A DNA stretch of 64,000 bases from Hormiphora californensis (Eukaryota; Animalia; Ctenophora): positions 124,001 to 188,000 of the forward strand of contig CM035350.1 of the NCBI GenBank assembly GCA_020137815.1, in the 5' to 3' direction. Shown piece by piece: positions 23,149 to 35,700 of this stretch (within the stretch, counting starts at the first letter, position 1; every line of letters begins with the position of its first letter). The notes below the pieces were generated by a model. The model was not told the origin of the DNA. It saw only the letters and a list, made by a program, of their open reading frames with translations, and made no database searches. Position numbers and translations under genes: made by a program.

Positions 23149-24828
23149 TCAATTTAAAGAAGAGTGGGTAGGAACCCAATTTATCGGGGGTGCACATGAG
23201 TGTACATATTTGTAATGACGAAAAGAGGTGTATAACAACATCAGACGAAACTCATCGTTGCCTGGATTATAATTGTCTGTACCAGGGCAAATGAGCTCAA
23301 TATCCATACGGTGAATCTTTGGGCACATCTCCATTATTTCTGGCAGACATCTTTTCATAGAAAACCGGAAACCACTACAAGACAACTCCTTTAGATTTGG
23401 CGTTCGAGCTAAAAGAGTCAAAAACTTCGAGGACAAGTCGGGATCACTCCTTATAAAGACATCCCATACAGACAATCGGGTCAACTTCGGGTCAAAATCT
23501 GGAAGTCGGTGGAGATTTTCGTTAATTAGAAACGTGAAGGGAATCGTCAGTTGTTCCAGAGTCTTGCTAAAAGAAAGCAGGATTTCCATTATCGTCTGGC
23601 TGTAAACTTTTCTGCAATTGTCAGTGAAAGATATCCACTCGATAGGATTTCCGTCCAGCATTTTAGCAATTGACTTTCCTGTCATATTTGCACAGCCGTG
23701 AAAGCCAAATAACGCAAGTTTGGGCATTCTGGACAGCAAGTATCCTAAAGATTTTTCCTCCAGACTCTCACATTCCAAGATGTCAAGATACTTCAAGTTT
23801 TTGAAATATGGTAAAGGATTAGGGCCGATCAGGAAAGATCCTCTGATAAATAACCGCTCCAATGTTTCTGACACATTGCCAAATATTTTGTTCAATACCA
23901 AAGGTGATTTTCTTCGGTAAGGTAAGGGTAATAACTTTCCATCGAAATTTTTTAGAGGAGAAAGGTTTAGGTAAAGTTCACGAAGTGGATGTTTCTTTAA
24001 ACTGCTGGCAAGATAGTCCTCTGAGTTGAAATTTGCATCTCCTAATTCGAGCTTCTGAAGGAATGGCTGGTTTGAAATGATTTGGCAAAACCGATCCTCG
24101 GCACAATTTTGGTTCCAAAGGTTGTTTATATCAAGACTCTCGAGTGTTCTGGGCAAGTAAACAGCTGCAGCGTGTGCCAAAGCTATGGACATTGTACGAC
24201 ACCCCAAGCGCAGCGACTTCAAATGTGTTATCGTGTTTAGAGCCATTAAGTTCTCCATCGAAATGTCGCATTCAACGTCATCGACAACTTCTTTAAAGGT
24301 GTTAAGAGCCTCCTCTATAACCTCATCTTCACAAGTGATGGTTTTACAAAAATTATTGTAACGTATCGGTGGAGAGATGGCTTCATCAGATACGAATCGA
24401 AATCGAACCGACCGCAGAGCGTCTCTGGACAGGTTGAACCATAGCTTGCAGACCTTGCTACATTTCAGCAACTCAAGAGGGTCAAGAAAGGTAAAAATTT
24501 GAAGAATCACTTCATTTGGTAGCTGATGAAGACTCGGTTCTCCCTCAACCATCCTTTCCATCGCGAACTCTGCAAATCGAGGTTTACTCTGTTGAGACTC
24601 TGCTTGGTCGTCGACACTGGAAGCAGTCCTGGATTTCCGTGAAAGCAACAATGCTAATAACAGTTCAGACCAAGTTCTGGAAACAGCACGACAGTTCAGG
24701 AGATCAGGTAAGTCCAGATAGCGAAAAATGAACAGGAGAACTTCGCCGGGTAGATAATTGAAGGGAGACTTGTTCAATCGAGGCCTTTTACTGAGTGGCT
24801 CGGTATTTTCTTCATCATCTTTTGACAT
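23149..24828 (-). CDS. Intronless double F-box/LRR protein, truncated by Gypsy; last ~28 aa come from the LTR
   Basis: Two F-box motifs (YLPGEVLLFIFRYL..CRAVSRTW; QLPNEVILQIFTFL..CSKVCKLW) followed by LRRs. Confidence 0.9.
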   Translation of the reverse strand: MSKDDEENTEPLSKRPRLNKSPFNYLPGEVLLFIFRYLDLPDLLNCRAVSRTWSELLLALLLSRKSRTASSVDDQAESQQSKPRFAEFAMERMVEGEPSLHQLPNEVILQIFTFLDPLELLKCSKVCKLWFNLSRDALRSVRFRFVSDEAISPPIRYNNFCKTITCEDEVIEEALNTFKEVVDDVECDISMENLMALNTITHLKSLRLGCRTMSIALAHAAAVYLPRTLESLDINNLWNQNCAEDRFCQIISNQPFLQKLELGDANFNSEDYLASSLKKHPLRELYLNLSPLKNFDGKLLPLPYRRKSPLVLNKIFGNVSETLERLFIRGSFLIGPNPLPYFKNLKYLDILECESLEEKSLGYLLSRMPKLALFGFHGCANMTGKSIAKMLDGNPIEWISFTDNCRKVYSQTIMEILLSFSKTLEQLTIPFTFLINENLHRLPDFDPKLTRLSVWDVFIRSDPDLSSKFLTLLARTPNLKELSCSGFRFSMKRCLPEIMEMCPKIHRMDIELICPGTDNYNPGNDEFRLMLLYTSFRHYKYVHSCAPPINWVPTHSSLN

Positions 24829-25617
24829 GCTCTAAAGAGGGAAATAAAACTTGAGGTGAGGAATGAAATCAAAATGGGACTTTGTATGTAAATGTAATAC
24901 ATACTTATCACGTGACCCCTTTTTCCATTAATAATTTTCTTCGCTTAATAATTAAGGAAGTGATCCCTGTTATATCTCATGTAGAGATGTGTATGTTGAG
25001 ATGTGTGTAGAGTGTGAGAGAGAAAGGGATGGAGTGAAATCTCTTTTTTTTGTCTAAACAAATTCAAAAATGCATCTGAAAGAAGAAAAATAAATAAAAA
25101 ATGTCTCGTGTCAGGGGTTACAGTCCTGGAGGACCGCTGGAGGATACCCTGCCTGGAGGACCGCTGGAGGATACCCTGCCTGGAGGATACCCTGGGTGGT
25201 TAGTGGTCAGGCATTTCCAGGGTGTCCTGATCCAGGTTTACAGGGTTAAGGCTCGTTTCTCCCTCTGCTGGAGGATACCCTGGAGGACTGCTGGTGGATG
25301 CCCTGCCTCGGTTCTTCCTGCAAGGAAAAGAGGGGATGATTAGGGTTAGGATTTATGGGAAGTTTCGTTATATTTGATAGAACAATAACTAATGACAAGA
25401 TGTGATGAAAAGAAGATAAAAAGATGATAAAAAGATGATTTAATGATGAGTCAACAAATTCTGATAAAATGAATAATCAATGATAATTGACAAAAGTAAC
25501 CATATAATAGTCACTCGAAGTCTACTGAATTTGACTAAATAAAGCCCATCTTCTTCAGATATTCAAAACATTTACGGCCTACACTCGATTCTCTCTTTTC
25601 TCACGTGGATTATTAAT

Positions 25618-28103
25618 CAGGGTATGAACTGCATGTCGTGTTTGCTAGTCGCGAGCGCGCTTGCGAGACAAGCAAACACGTCAAGGTTCATTAACAAGCA
25701 TGCTGCTCAGTCATTTTAGATTTAATTCACAATGTAAGGATACCATGTAATAGGTGAGACTCTTGCCGTCACCCTCGTTCAAGTCCCGTGAAAAACGGAG
25801 CAGTACACGCAAACTGATGCCCATTTTCCTCGCGTGACCCCGATTCAGCAGTTTGAGACACCAACTCTTTAGGGGGCCATATCTCAGGAACCAGACAAGA
25901 TAGGAAAAATCGCCGTCTAACGAGGCGTACAGTTTTTAATCTAGTTTACCACTGTACCGGCCGTTTCACTCTCCGACCTAAAACAAAAATCGCAACCCCA
26001 CAAAACTTCAAAATAATGAAATTCGCATCTCGCATGTCGTGTTGCATGTCGTGTTGCATGTCGTGTCATGTTATTGACACGCTCGCATTCAACTCTCACA
26101 CAGCAGCTGCAGAACATGGCGGGAAACATCGAGGAGTAGAGAGAGGGTCGGTGCCGAATCAAATATTTCTTGATCTTGATCTACTCCATCTCTCAGCTAT
26201 CCTACCCCTCATCAACTCGATCTCTCAGCTATCCTACCCCTCATCAACTCGATCTCTCAGCTACCCTACCCCTCATCTACTCCATCTTTCAGCTACCCTA
26301 CCCCTCATCTACTCCATCTTTCAGCTACCCTACCCCTTATCTAGTCCATCTCTCAGCTACCCTACTCCTCATCTACTCCATCTCTCAGCTTCCCTATTAG
26401 GGAAGCATAGAGATGGAAACGATTAGGGGTAGGGAATCCCTATCCATAATCGTTTCCATCTATATGCTTCTCTAGCCCTCATCAACTCCATCTTTCAGCT
26501 ACCCTACCCCTAATCTAGTCCATCTCTCCGCTACCCTACTCCTCATCTACTCCATCTCTCAGCTACCCTACCTCCCATTTACTCCATCTCTCAGCTACCC
26601 TACCTCCCATTTACTCCATCTCTCAGCTTCCCTACCTCCCATTTACTCCATCTCTCAGCTTCCCTACCTCCCATTTACTCCATCTCTCAGGGGTAGGAAT
26701 GTTAGGATAAATGAGAGATGGAGTAAATGGGAGGTAGGGAAGCTGAGAGATGGAGTAAATGGGAGGTAGGGAAGGTAAGCGATGGAGTAAATGGGAGGTA
26801 GGGAAGCTGAAAGATGGAGTAAATGGGAGGTAGGGAAGCTGAGGGATGGAGTAAATGGGAGGTAGGGAAGCTGAGAGATGGAGTAAATGGGAGGTAGGGT
26901 AGCTGATAGATGGAGTGAATGGGAGGTTGGGTAGCTGAGAGATGGAGTAAATGGGAGGTAGGGAAGCTGAGAGATGGAGTAAATGGGAGGTAGGGAAGCT
27001 GAGAGATGGAGTAAATGGGAGGTAGGGTAGCTGAGAGATGGAGTAAATGGGAGGTAGGGAAGCTGAGAGATGGAGTAAATGGGAGGTAGGGAAGCTGAGA
27101 GATGGAGTAAATGGGAGGTATGGTAGCTGAGAGATGGAGTAAATGGGAGGTAGGGTAGCTGAGAGATGGAGTAGATGAGGAGTAGGGTAGCGGAGAGATG
27201 GACTAGATTAGGGATAGGGTAGCTGAAAGATGGAGTTGATGAGGGCTAGGGAAGCATAGAGATGGAAACGATTATGGATAGGGATTCCCTACCCCTAATC
27301 GTTTCCATCTCTATGCTTCCCTAATAGGGAAGCTGAGAGATGGAGTAGATGAGGAGTAGGGTAGCTGAGAGATGGACTAGATAAGGGGTAGGGTAGCTGA
27401 AAGATGGAGTAGATGAGGGGTAGGGTAGCTGAAAGATGGAGTAGATGAGGGGTAGGGTAGCTGAGAGATCGAGTTGATGAGGGGTAGGATAGCTGAGAGA
27501 TCGAGTTGATGAGGGGTAGGATAGCTGAGAGATGGAGTAGATCAAGATCAAGAAATATTTGATTCGGCACCGACCCTCTCTCTACTCCTCGATGTTTCCC
27601 GTCATGTTCTGCAGCTGCTGTGTGAGAGTTGAACGCGAGCGCGTCAATAACATGACACGACATGCAACACGACATGCAACACGACATGCGAGATGCGAAT
27701 TTCATTATTTTGAAGTTTTGTGGGGTTGCGATTTTTGTTTTAGGTCGGAGAGTGAAACGGCCGGTACAGTGGTAAACTAGATTAAAAACTGTACGCCTCG
27801 TTAGACGGCGATTTTTCCTATCTTGTCTGGTTCCTGAGATATGGACCCCTAAAGACTTGGTGTCTCAAACTGCTGAATCGGGGTCACGCGAGGAAAATGG
27901 GCATCAGTTTGCGTGTACTGCTCCGTTTTTCACGGGACTTGAACGAGGGTGACGGCAAGAGTCTCACCTATTACATGGTATCCTTACATTGTGTATCAAA
28001 TCTAAAATGACTGAGCAGCATGCTTGTTAATGAACCTTGACGTGTTTGCTTGTCTCGCAAGCGCGCTCGCGACTAGCAAACACGACATGCAGTTCACACC
28101 CTG
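25618..28103. mobile_element. 2.5-kb foldback element with ~1.07-kb arms and ~29-bp internal minisatellite
   Basis: CAGGGT..ACCCTG ends, 5-bp TSD TTAAT (25613-25617 / 28104-28108), empty site at 29631-29635. Confidence 0.9.
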
Positions 28104-28217
28104 TTAATTATTTATTTAGTCTAAAATGGATCCTTTTTTCATGAACGCAACCGTGTGAAGGAAACTCGCACATAGTTTCATATCGTTACTCCTCTTTGTG
28201 TCTATTGTGTCAAGACA

Positions 28218-29747
28218 CAGCGACTTCAAATGTGTTATCGTGTTTAGAGCCATTAAGTTCTCCATCGAAATGTCGCATTCAACGTCATCGACAACTTCTT
28301 TAAAGGTGTTAAGAGCCTCCTCTATAACCTCATCTTCACAAGTGATGGTTTTACAAAAATTATTGTAACGTATCGGTGGAGAGATGGCTTCATCAGATAC
28401 GAATCGAAATCGAACCGACCGCAGAGCGTCTCTGGACAGGTTGAACCATAGCTTGCAGACCTTGCTACATTTCAGCAACTCAAGAGGGTCAAGAAAGGTA
28501 AAAATTTGAAGAATCACTTCATTTGGTAGCTGATGAAGACTCGGTTCTCCCTCAACCATCCTTTCCATCGTGAACTCTGCAAATCGAGGTTTACTCTGTT
28601 GAGACTCTGCTTGGTCGTCGACACTGGAAGCAGTCCTGGATTTCCGTGAAAGCAACAATGCTAATAACAGTTCAGACCAAGTTCTGGAAACAGCACGACA
28701 GTTCAGGAGATCAGGTAAGTCCAGATAGCGAAAAATGAACAGGAGAACTTCGCCGGGTAGATAATTGAAGGGAGACTTGTTCAATCGAGGCCTTTTACTG
28801 AGTGGCTCGGTATTTTCTTCATCATCTTTTGACATGCTCTAAAGAGGGAAATAAAACTTGAGGTGAGGAATGAAATCAAAATGGGACTTTGTATGTAAAT
28901 GTAATACATACTTATCACGTGACCCCTTTTTCCATTAATAATTTTCTTCGCTTAATAATTAAGGAAGTGATCCCTGTTATATCTCATGTAGAGATGTGTA
29001 TGTTGAGATGTGTGTAGAGTGTGAGAGAGAAAGGGATGGAGTGAAATCTCTTTTTTTTGTCTAAACAAATTCAAAAATGCATCTGAAAGAAGAAAAATAA
29101 ATAAAAAATGTCTCGTGTCAGGGGTTACAGTCCTGGAGGACCGCTGGAGGACCGCTGGAGGATACCCTGCCTGGAGGACCGCTGGAGGATACCCTGCCTG
29201 GAGGATACCCTGGGTGGTTAGTGGTCAGGCATTTCCAGGGTGTCCTGATCCAGGTTTACAGGGTTAAGGCTCGTTTCTCCCTCTGCTGGAGGATACCCTG
29301 GAGGACTGCTGGTGGATGCCCTGCCTCGGTTCTTCCTGCAAGGAAAAGAGGGGATGATTAGGGTTAGGATTTATGGGAAGTTTCGTTATATTTGATAGAA
29401 CAATAACTAATGACAAGATGTGATGAAAAGAAGATAAAAAGATGATAAAAAGATGATTTAATGATGAGTCAACAAATTCTGATAAAATGAATAATCAATG
29501 ATAATTGACAAAAGTAACCATATAATAGTCACTCGAAGTCTACTGAATTTGACTAAATAAAGCCCATCTTCTTCAGATATTCAAAACATTTACGGCCTAC
29601 ACTCGATTCTCTCTTTTCTCACGTGGATTATTAATTATTTATTTAGTCTAAAATGGATCCTTTTTTCATGAACGCAACCGTGTGAAGGAAACTCGCACAT
29701 AGTTTCATATCGTTACTCCTCTTTGTGTCTATTGTGTCAAGACACAG
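28218..29747 (-). pseudogene. Tandem duplicate of the F-box 5' half and upstream region (ORF 28116-28835)
   Basis: Near-identical to 24211-25617 plus 28109-28220. Junction microhomology CAG. One A->T amino-acid change. Confidence 0.9.
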
Positions 29748-30404
29748 TGTCCGAGTGTTGGTCGATTTCATAATACTGAAAGTAAATTTCATTGATATAA
29801 AGAAATTTCAAGGGCTTGGTAATTGGTATGGCAAACACATCATAGTAAAAATATTGCTGATTGCACCGCTAAATATACAAACATACCGTTGCGACCTAAA
29901 TACAGCTGTATTATTTCGTGGTTTTTAATTCGATATCAATCAGATGTGGTAATTCATGTACTGGCTTTTTTATCGAATACTTGAATTCCACTGAGTTCCA
30001 ATCATCTGCAGCCCCAACTAAAAAATGATAGAAATACTAGGTAGACAATCTAAAGGGGTCAAATATTTCAGTAGAAATCTATTGACCTACCTTCGACTAG
30101 TCCTTGTCTTCTCAACGTTATACCAAGGGGTTGGCATCGAAGACACCTTACACTCTGTTTGGTAACGAAGTTACCCCTCCCTTGCCGGTGCGTGAAGCGG
30201 CCTGAGAGTGAGGTGTCTTTTTTGAGTGCATTCATCCAGGACAAGAACTGCCTTTTGGTCCAGTCGACCGATGCGCTCCCTTTCAGCTTTCAGATATAAT
30301 AATAATAATAACAATAATAATAGTAATAAGATATATGGTTCGACGTCCTCAGCAAAAACAATGTTGTCTTTGCTTTGCTTCCGAGGTCTTCCCATCTTAC
30401 CGAT

Positions 30405-30718
30405 CCTCTGATGAATAACCGCTCCAATGTTTCTGACACATTGCCAAAGATTTTGTTCAATACCAAAGGTGATTTTCTTCGGTAAGGTAAGGGTAATAAC
30501 TTTCCATCGAAATTTTTTAGAGGAGAAAGGTTTAGGTAAAGTTCACGAAGTGGATGTTTCTTTAAACTGCTGGCAAGATAGTCCTCTGAGTTGAAATTTG
30601 CATCTCCTAATTCGAGCTTCTGAAGGAATGGCTGGTTTGAAATGATTTGGCAAAACCGATCCTCGGCACAATTTTGGTTCCAAAGGTTGTTTATATCAAG
30701 ACTCTCGAGTGTTCTGGG
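30405..30718 (-). pseudogene. Internal LRR fragment of the F-box gene between ~70-bp direct repeats
   Basis: Matches ~23840-24153. Flanking repeats at 30335-30404 and 30720-30790. Confidence 0.85.
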
Positions 30719-31185
30719 CTATGGTTCGACATCCTCAGCAAAAACAATGTTGTCTTTGCTTTGCTTCCGAGGTCTTCCCATCTTACCGATGACAAATCAT
30801 CCTCCACCATAGCTGGGAAATCACCCGGGAGTGGCAGTTCCCAGATGGACATCAGGCACGCTACCCGGAGTGACTCTTACTCCCTCCTCTTCCTAGGACC
30901 ACCTCTAACTCCTCGTCCTCCCACGGGAACAGTTCAAGGAGCCTCGCTGCTTGGCCGGCCATCTTGGAATACGATCAAAATTATCACCAAGATATCTTCG
31001 GGCAAGAGAATTAACATATATTGGCTCTAATGCATGGGAGGACCGGTATGATCTCTCAGCCTCACAGTACACTGTCTCGAGGTACTCTTCTCCGCTTGTA
31101 TCTACTCAAGAATAGTAGCTGAGCTGGCGGGTTCTCTGGTTCTCTGGTTATTGAAACTGAAAAATTTGAGAACATCAGTTTCTCT

Positions 31186-31528
31186 GCACAGCTGGGACAC
31201 TCCTAGTTAACCATGCAGCACGTGCACAGCTGGGACACTCCTAGTGAACCATGCAGCACGTGCACAACTGGGACACTCCTAGTGAACCATGCAGCACATG
31301 TACTCCTAGTGAACCATGCAGCACGTGCACTCCTCGTGAACCATGCAGCACGTGCACAGCTGGGACACTCCTAGTGAACCATGCAGCACGTGCACTCCTA
31401 GTGAACCATGCAGCACGTGCACAGCTGGGACACTCCTAGTGAACCATGCAGCGTGCACAGCTGGGACACTCCTAGTAAACCATGCAGCACGTGCACGACA
31501 CTCCTAGTGAACCATGCAGCGTGCACGA
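31186..31528. repeat. Minisatellite (GCACAGCTGGGACACTCCTAGTGAACCATGCAGCACGT)n
   Basis: Directly visible, with 38-bp and 27-bp variant units. Confidence 0.85.
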
Positions 31529-32799
31529 CATTTTCGATCATTAACTACTTATAATAATAGCATAATTGGATCTGAATCTTTTCCTTAGGGAGGGGTGGTC
31601 CTCCTTATTTTCTTACAGACTGAGCTGCATGATAACAGCTCTTCCCACGTAAGATAACTCATAATTACCACCAAGATATCTTCGGGCAAGAGAATCAACA
31701 TACTGGCTCTAATGCATGACGGAATTATTTAGGTGGTTTCAGTGTTACCTGGCAATAGAGCGGCTCGACCTTGTCGAACATAAAACACACTCCCCTTCTC
31801 GGCACAACAATGTCCACAGCCTCATGAATGAGACCCTCCTGTCGTGCCCCCCCAAATTGTCTTCTACCATGGCTTGGGTCCTCTCCGGGATTGCTAGCCC
31901 CCTGCGCGAGTTACTTCTATTCTCACCCTCTTCCTAATATCGTAATACTGTTTAGCCTGGGTTTTTACGGACGTATTCACAGCATAATATTTATTTTATT
32001 GTTTAACGATAATATTTCTTTGGCTACAAAGTTTAAGGGGAAACAATTGTTCGCGATCTTGAGAACTTCGTCAGATTCCATTTTCAGACAGCGGATGCCC
32101 CCTACTGCTCCGAGCGTTAGGTATTCTGCTGGGGGTAACAATGTCCGTTTCTATCCACTTACTAAATTTGGTGCCAGAATATCTCGTTTCTGTACCGTTG
32201 AGGTGTATTATTTATTATTTTATTGAAAGGGGGAAAAGTTAGGGTTGGGTATTCGGGGAATGTTTCACGAGGGAAGACAGGGTTTCTAATAGATTGAAAC
32301 TCGTAATATACCTTACTCTCGCTAATTAAGAAACGCTTTAGGAAAAAAAAATTTATAAGAAACGGGAAATGTGGAAACACATTAAATAAGACACCCCAAA
32401 ATAAGAAACTCCCCCAAGAAAGTAAGAAACCCCAAAAATAGGAAACGCAAAAATAAGAAACCCCAAAAATAAGAAACGCAAAAATAAGAAACCCCAAAAA
32501 TTAAGAAACCCCAAAATTAAGAAACCCCTAAATTAAGAAACCCCAAAAACAAGAAACCCCAAAATTAAGAAACCCCAAAAAAATAAAAATAAAAAACCCC
32601 AAAATTAAGAAACCCCAAAATTAAGAAACCCCAAAATTAAGAAACCCCAAAATTAAGAAACTTAATTAGGGTCCAGCCTCCTCCATAATCATTTGCCAAC
32701 TCCTTTTTTGGCGCTGGGATTTCCCATATAGAACACCTGTGATAGGTCGGTTCCTTCAACAATATCAGGGACTTTCAGGCACAAGAGCACACGTTTCCT

Positions 32800-35700
32800 G
32801 GAGTAAAAGAATGTTAACAGTGTTCTTCCAATCCCGCACCTGTGTTTTCGCAGGTCGAGTTCTTATCTCCCCTTGCATATGGTAGAAAATGGAAAGTAAG
32901 AAATTTATACCAAAAAGATGACTATTTGATAAAACGACAAAAAGATGAAATACTGATACAAAATGCGAGTGTCTGCACCCGCACGACTGGGTTAGTAAGG
33001 GTCTGTCCAGTTCTGTCTGGGCCAGAGCAGCTGATCCACGAAGCTGCAGCTGTATTGCCCGCTTCGTACCGCGAGCTAACATACTCTTGCCTCAACAAGC
33101 AGGGAACAACGGATTCATCCTTTGAGCTTCGGACTCAATGTACCTCTATACTCTATAGTCTATATTCCATGTACCTATATATTCCATGTACCTCTATTGC
33201 TCTATACTCTATGTAAGTATGGCAATTGAAGCATTCCGTTTGTCCTTCCAATATATTCCCTGTAGTTTCGATGGAGTACATGTCACTCGAAAAGTCGGCT
33301 ACTATTAGGAAGCTTCCTCCTCACTTCTCTTCATCCTGCTTCCCGCTATAGTTAGTTACACATAGTTAGTTATGTTGTCCGTTATTGACAACCATTCTTC
33401 ATCTGCGCCACCGTGGTTTCAAGCTTCACCTCGCCACATGTAGCTCAAATCAATCTCTTCTGCTCCGCAGACAGATTGGTGGGGAAGCACGTCTGGAGCA
33501 TGGGAGGTCATTATAACAAGTAAAAACACGGGTACATGTTCGAACATTTCGGGGTTGTGTAAACGACTTATAACCTCTATAACAGTTATTGTAGTGCTAC
33601 AATAACTGTTATAGAGGTTATAAGTCATGTATCTATATTCTATGTAAGTTATATGGCAATTGACGCTTGCCTTCCAATGTATTATATATGTTCCCTATAT
33701 AGTTTCGATGTCATGTCACTCGACAAGTCGGCTACTATTAATTGAAACTGCCATATTGGTAAGACTACTGTCAAGTTTTCCGTTCGGGCCGTACTTTGTT
33801 ACCACAAATTCTAGACCATTGTGAGTCTTTCTACCCTCCACAATCCAAGTAGAATCGTTGACTTGATGGCTGCTGGTTTGTGTTGCCACCTTGGCGAAAT
33901 CCTTTGCTAATCGGTGGAAAGTTACCTGGTTCGGTTTTATTTCGGTAACAGTTGGAGGTCCGAGGTAGCTATCTTCAATCGCAACCTCAGCTTCAATCGT
34001 AAATTTTTTCCCTGCCCGGCATGGATGATGTTTTTAGCACGCACGTGCTAAAAAGATCATTCAGGGTTTAGAAATCAGCAGATTGTGTAGTTAACTAAAA
34101 GTGTCCGTCCATCCGTCCGTCCGTCCGTCACGGACAACGCCTAACAACAATACTGCTCCTTCATAAAACTTTCATCTCACGCTTCGTTGATTCAACAAAG
34201 GTTGATTTCGGACACTATGATCACGTCTGCTGATGAAGCGCCACACTTTACCACACTCAGCAGTCAGCACCAATAACTATCATCGATATTGAACATGGGT
34301 TAAAAATACTGCAAAATAACACCACGTTATGACATAACAATTTGTACATTGATAGATATATAAATATAAAATTAACCATGATAATTAATTCAATCATGAT
34401 AACTGTCATAATCCTCCGCTGTGATCCGCTGTGAGTAATGACACACACAAGTGAAGAGCTTGGCTGGTCGTAGATCTTAATGTCCGCTTCAGACTCCCAC
34501 TCAAACGCTGCAAAATAGTTGGGTTAGTTTCTACCGAGGCGGGACAGAGATGGAGGTAAAAGAATGTTAACAGTGTTCTTCCAATCCCGCACCTGTGTTT
34601 TCGCAGGTCGAGTTCTTATCTCCCCTTGCATATGGTAGAAAATGGAAAGTAAGAAATTTATACCAAAAAGATGACTATTTGATAAAACGACAAAAAGATG
34701 AAATACTGATACAAAATGCGAGTGTCTGCACCCGCACGACTGGGTTAGTAAGGGTCTGTCCAGTTCTGTCTGGGCCAGAGCAGCTGATCCACGAAGCTGC
34801 AGCTGTATTGCCCGCTTCGTACCGCGAGCTAACATACTCTTGCCTCAACAAGCAGGGAACAACGGATTCATCCTTTGAGCTTCGGACTCAATGTACCTCT
34901 ATACTCTATAGTCTATATTCCATGTACCTATATATTCCATGTACCTCTATTGCTCTATACTCTATGTAAGTATGGCAATTGAAGCATTCCGTTTGTCCTT
35001 CCAATATATTCCCTGTAGTTTCGATGGAGTACATGTCACTCGAAAAGTCGGCTACTATTAGGAAGCTTCCTCCTCACTTCTCTTCATCCTGCTTCCCGCT
35101 ATAGTTAGTTACACATAGTTAGCTATGTTGTCCGTTATTGACAACCATTCTTCATCTGCGTCACCGTGGTTTCAAGCTTCACCTCGCCACATGTAGCTCA
35201 AATCAATCTCTTCTGCTCCGCAGACAGATTGGTGGGGAAGCACGTCTGGAGCATGGGAGGTCATTATAACAAGTAAAAACACGGGTACATGTTCGAACAT
35301 TTCGGGGTTGTGTAAACGACTTATAACCTCTATAACAGTTATTGTAGTGCTACAATAACTGTTATAGAGGTTATAAGTCATGTATCTATATTCTATGTAA
35401 GTTATATGGCAATTGACGCTTGCCTTCCAATGTATTATATATGTTCCCTATATAGTTTCGATGTCATGTCACTCGACAAGTCGGCTACTATTAATTGAAA
35501 CTGCCATATTGGTAAGACTACTGTCAAGTTTTCCGTTCGGGCCGTACTTTGTTACCACAAATTCTAGACCATTGTGAGTCTTTCTACCCTCCACAATCCA
35601 AGTAGAATCGTTGACTTGATGGCTGCTGGTTTGTGTTGCCACCTTGGCGAAATCCTTTGCTAATCGGTGGAAAGTTACCTGGTTCGGTTTTATTTCGGTA

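Larger units (their letters stand above)
16138..23237 (-). mobile_element. Full-length Ty3/Gypsy LTR retrotransposon (7.1 kb)
   Basis: 504-bp LTRs TGTTAAG..TATAACA at 16138-16641 and 22734-23237, identical by eye. TSD ACAT (16134-16137 / 23238-23241). PBS-like TGGAGCC next to the 5' LTR. Domain order PR-RT-RH-IN. Confidence 0.95.

Noticed and set aside
25941-27780. Mirror-image ORF pairs (136, 76, 73 aa)
   Set aside because: They are the arms of the foldback element and its minisatellite.
30171-30395. AT-hook (GRPRK) plus poly-Leu ORF
   Set aside because: Poly-Leu comes from an (AAT)n microsatellite and the ORF start lies in a duplicated 70-mer; no further support.
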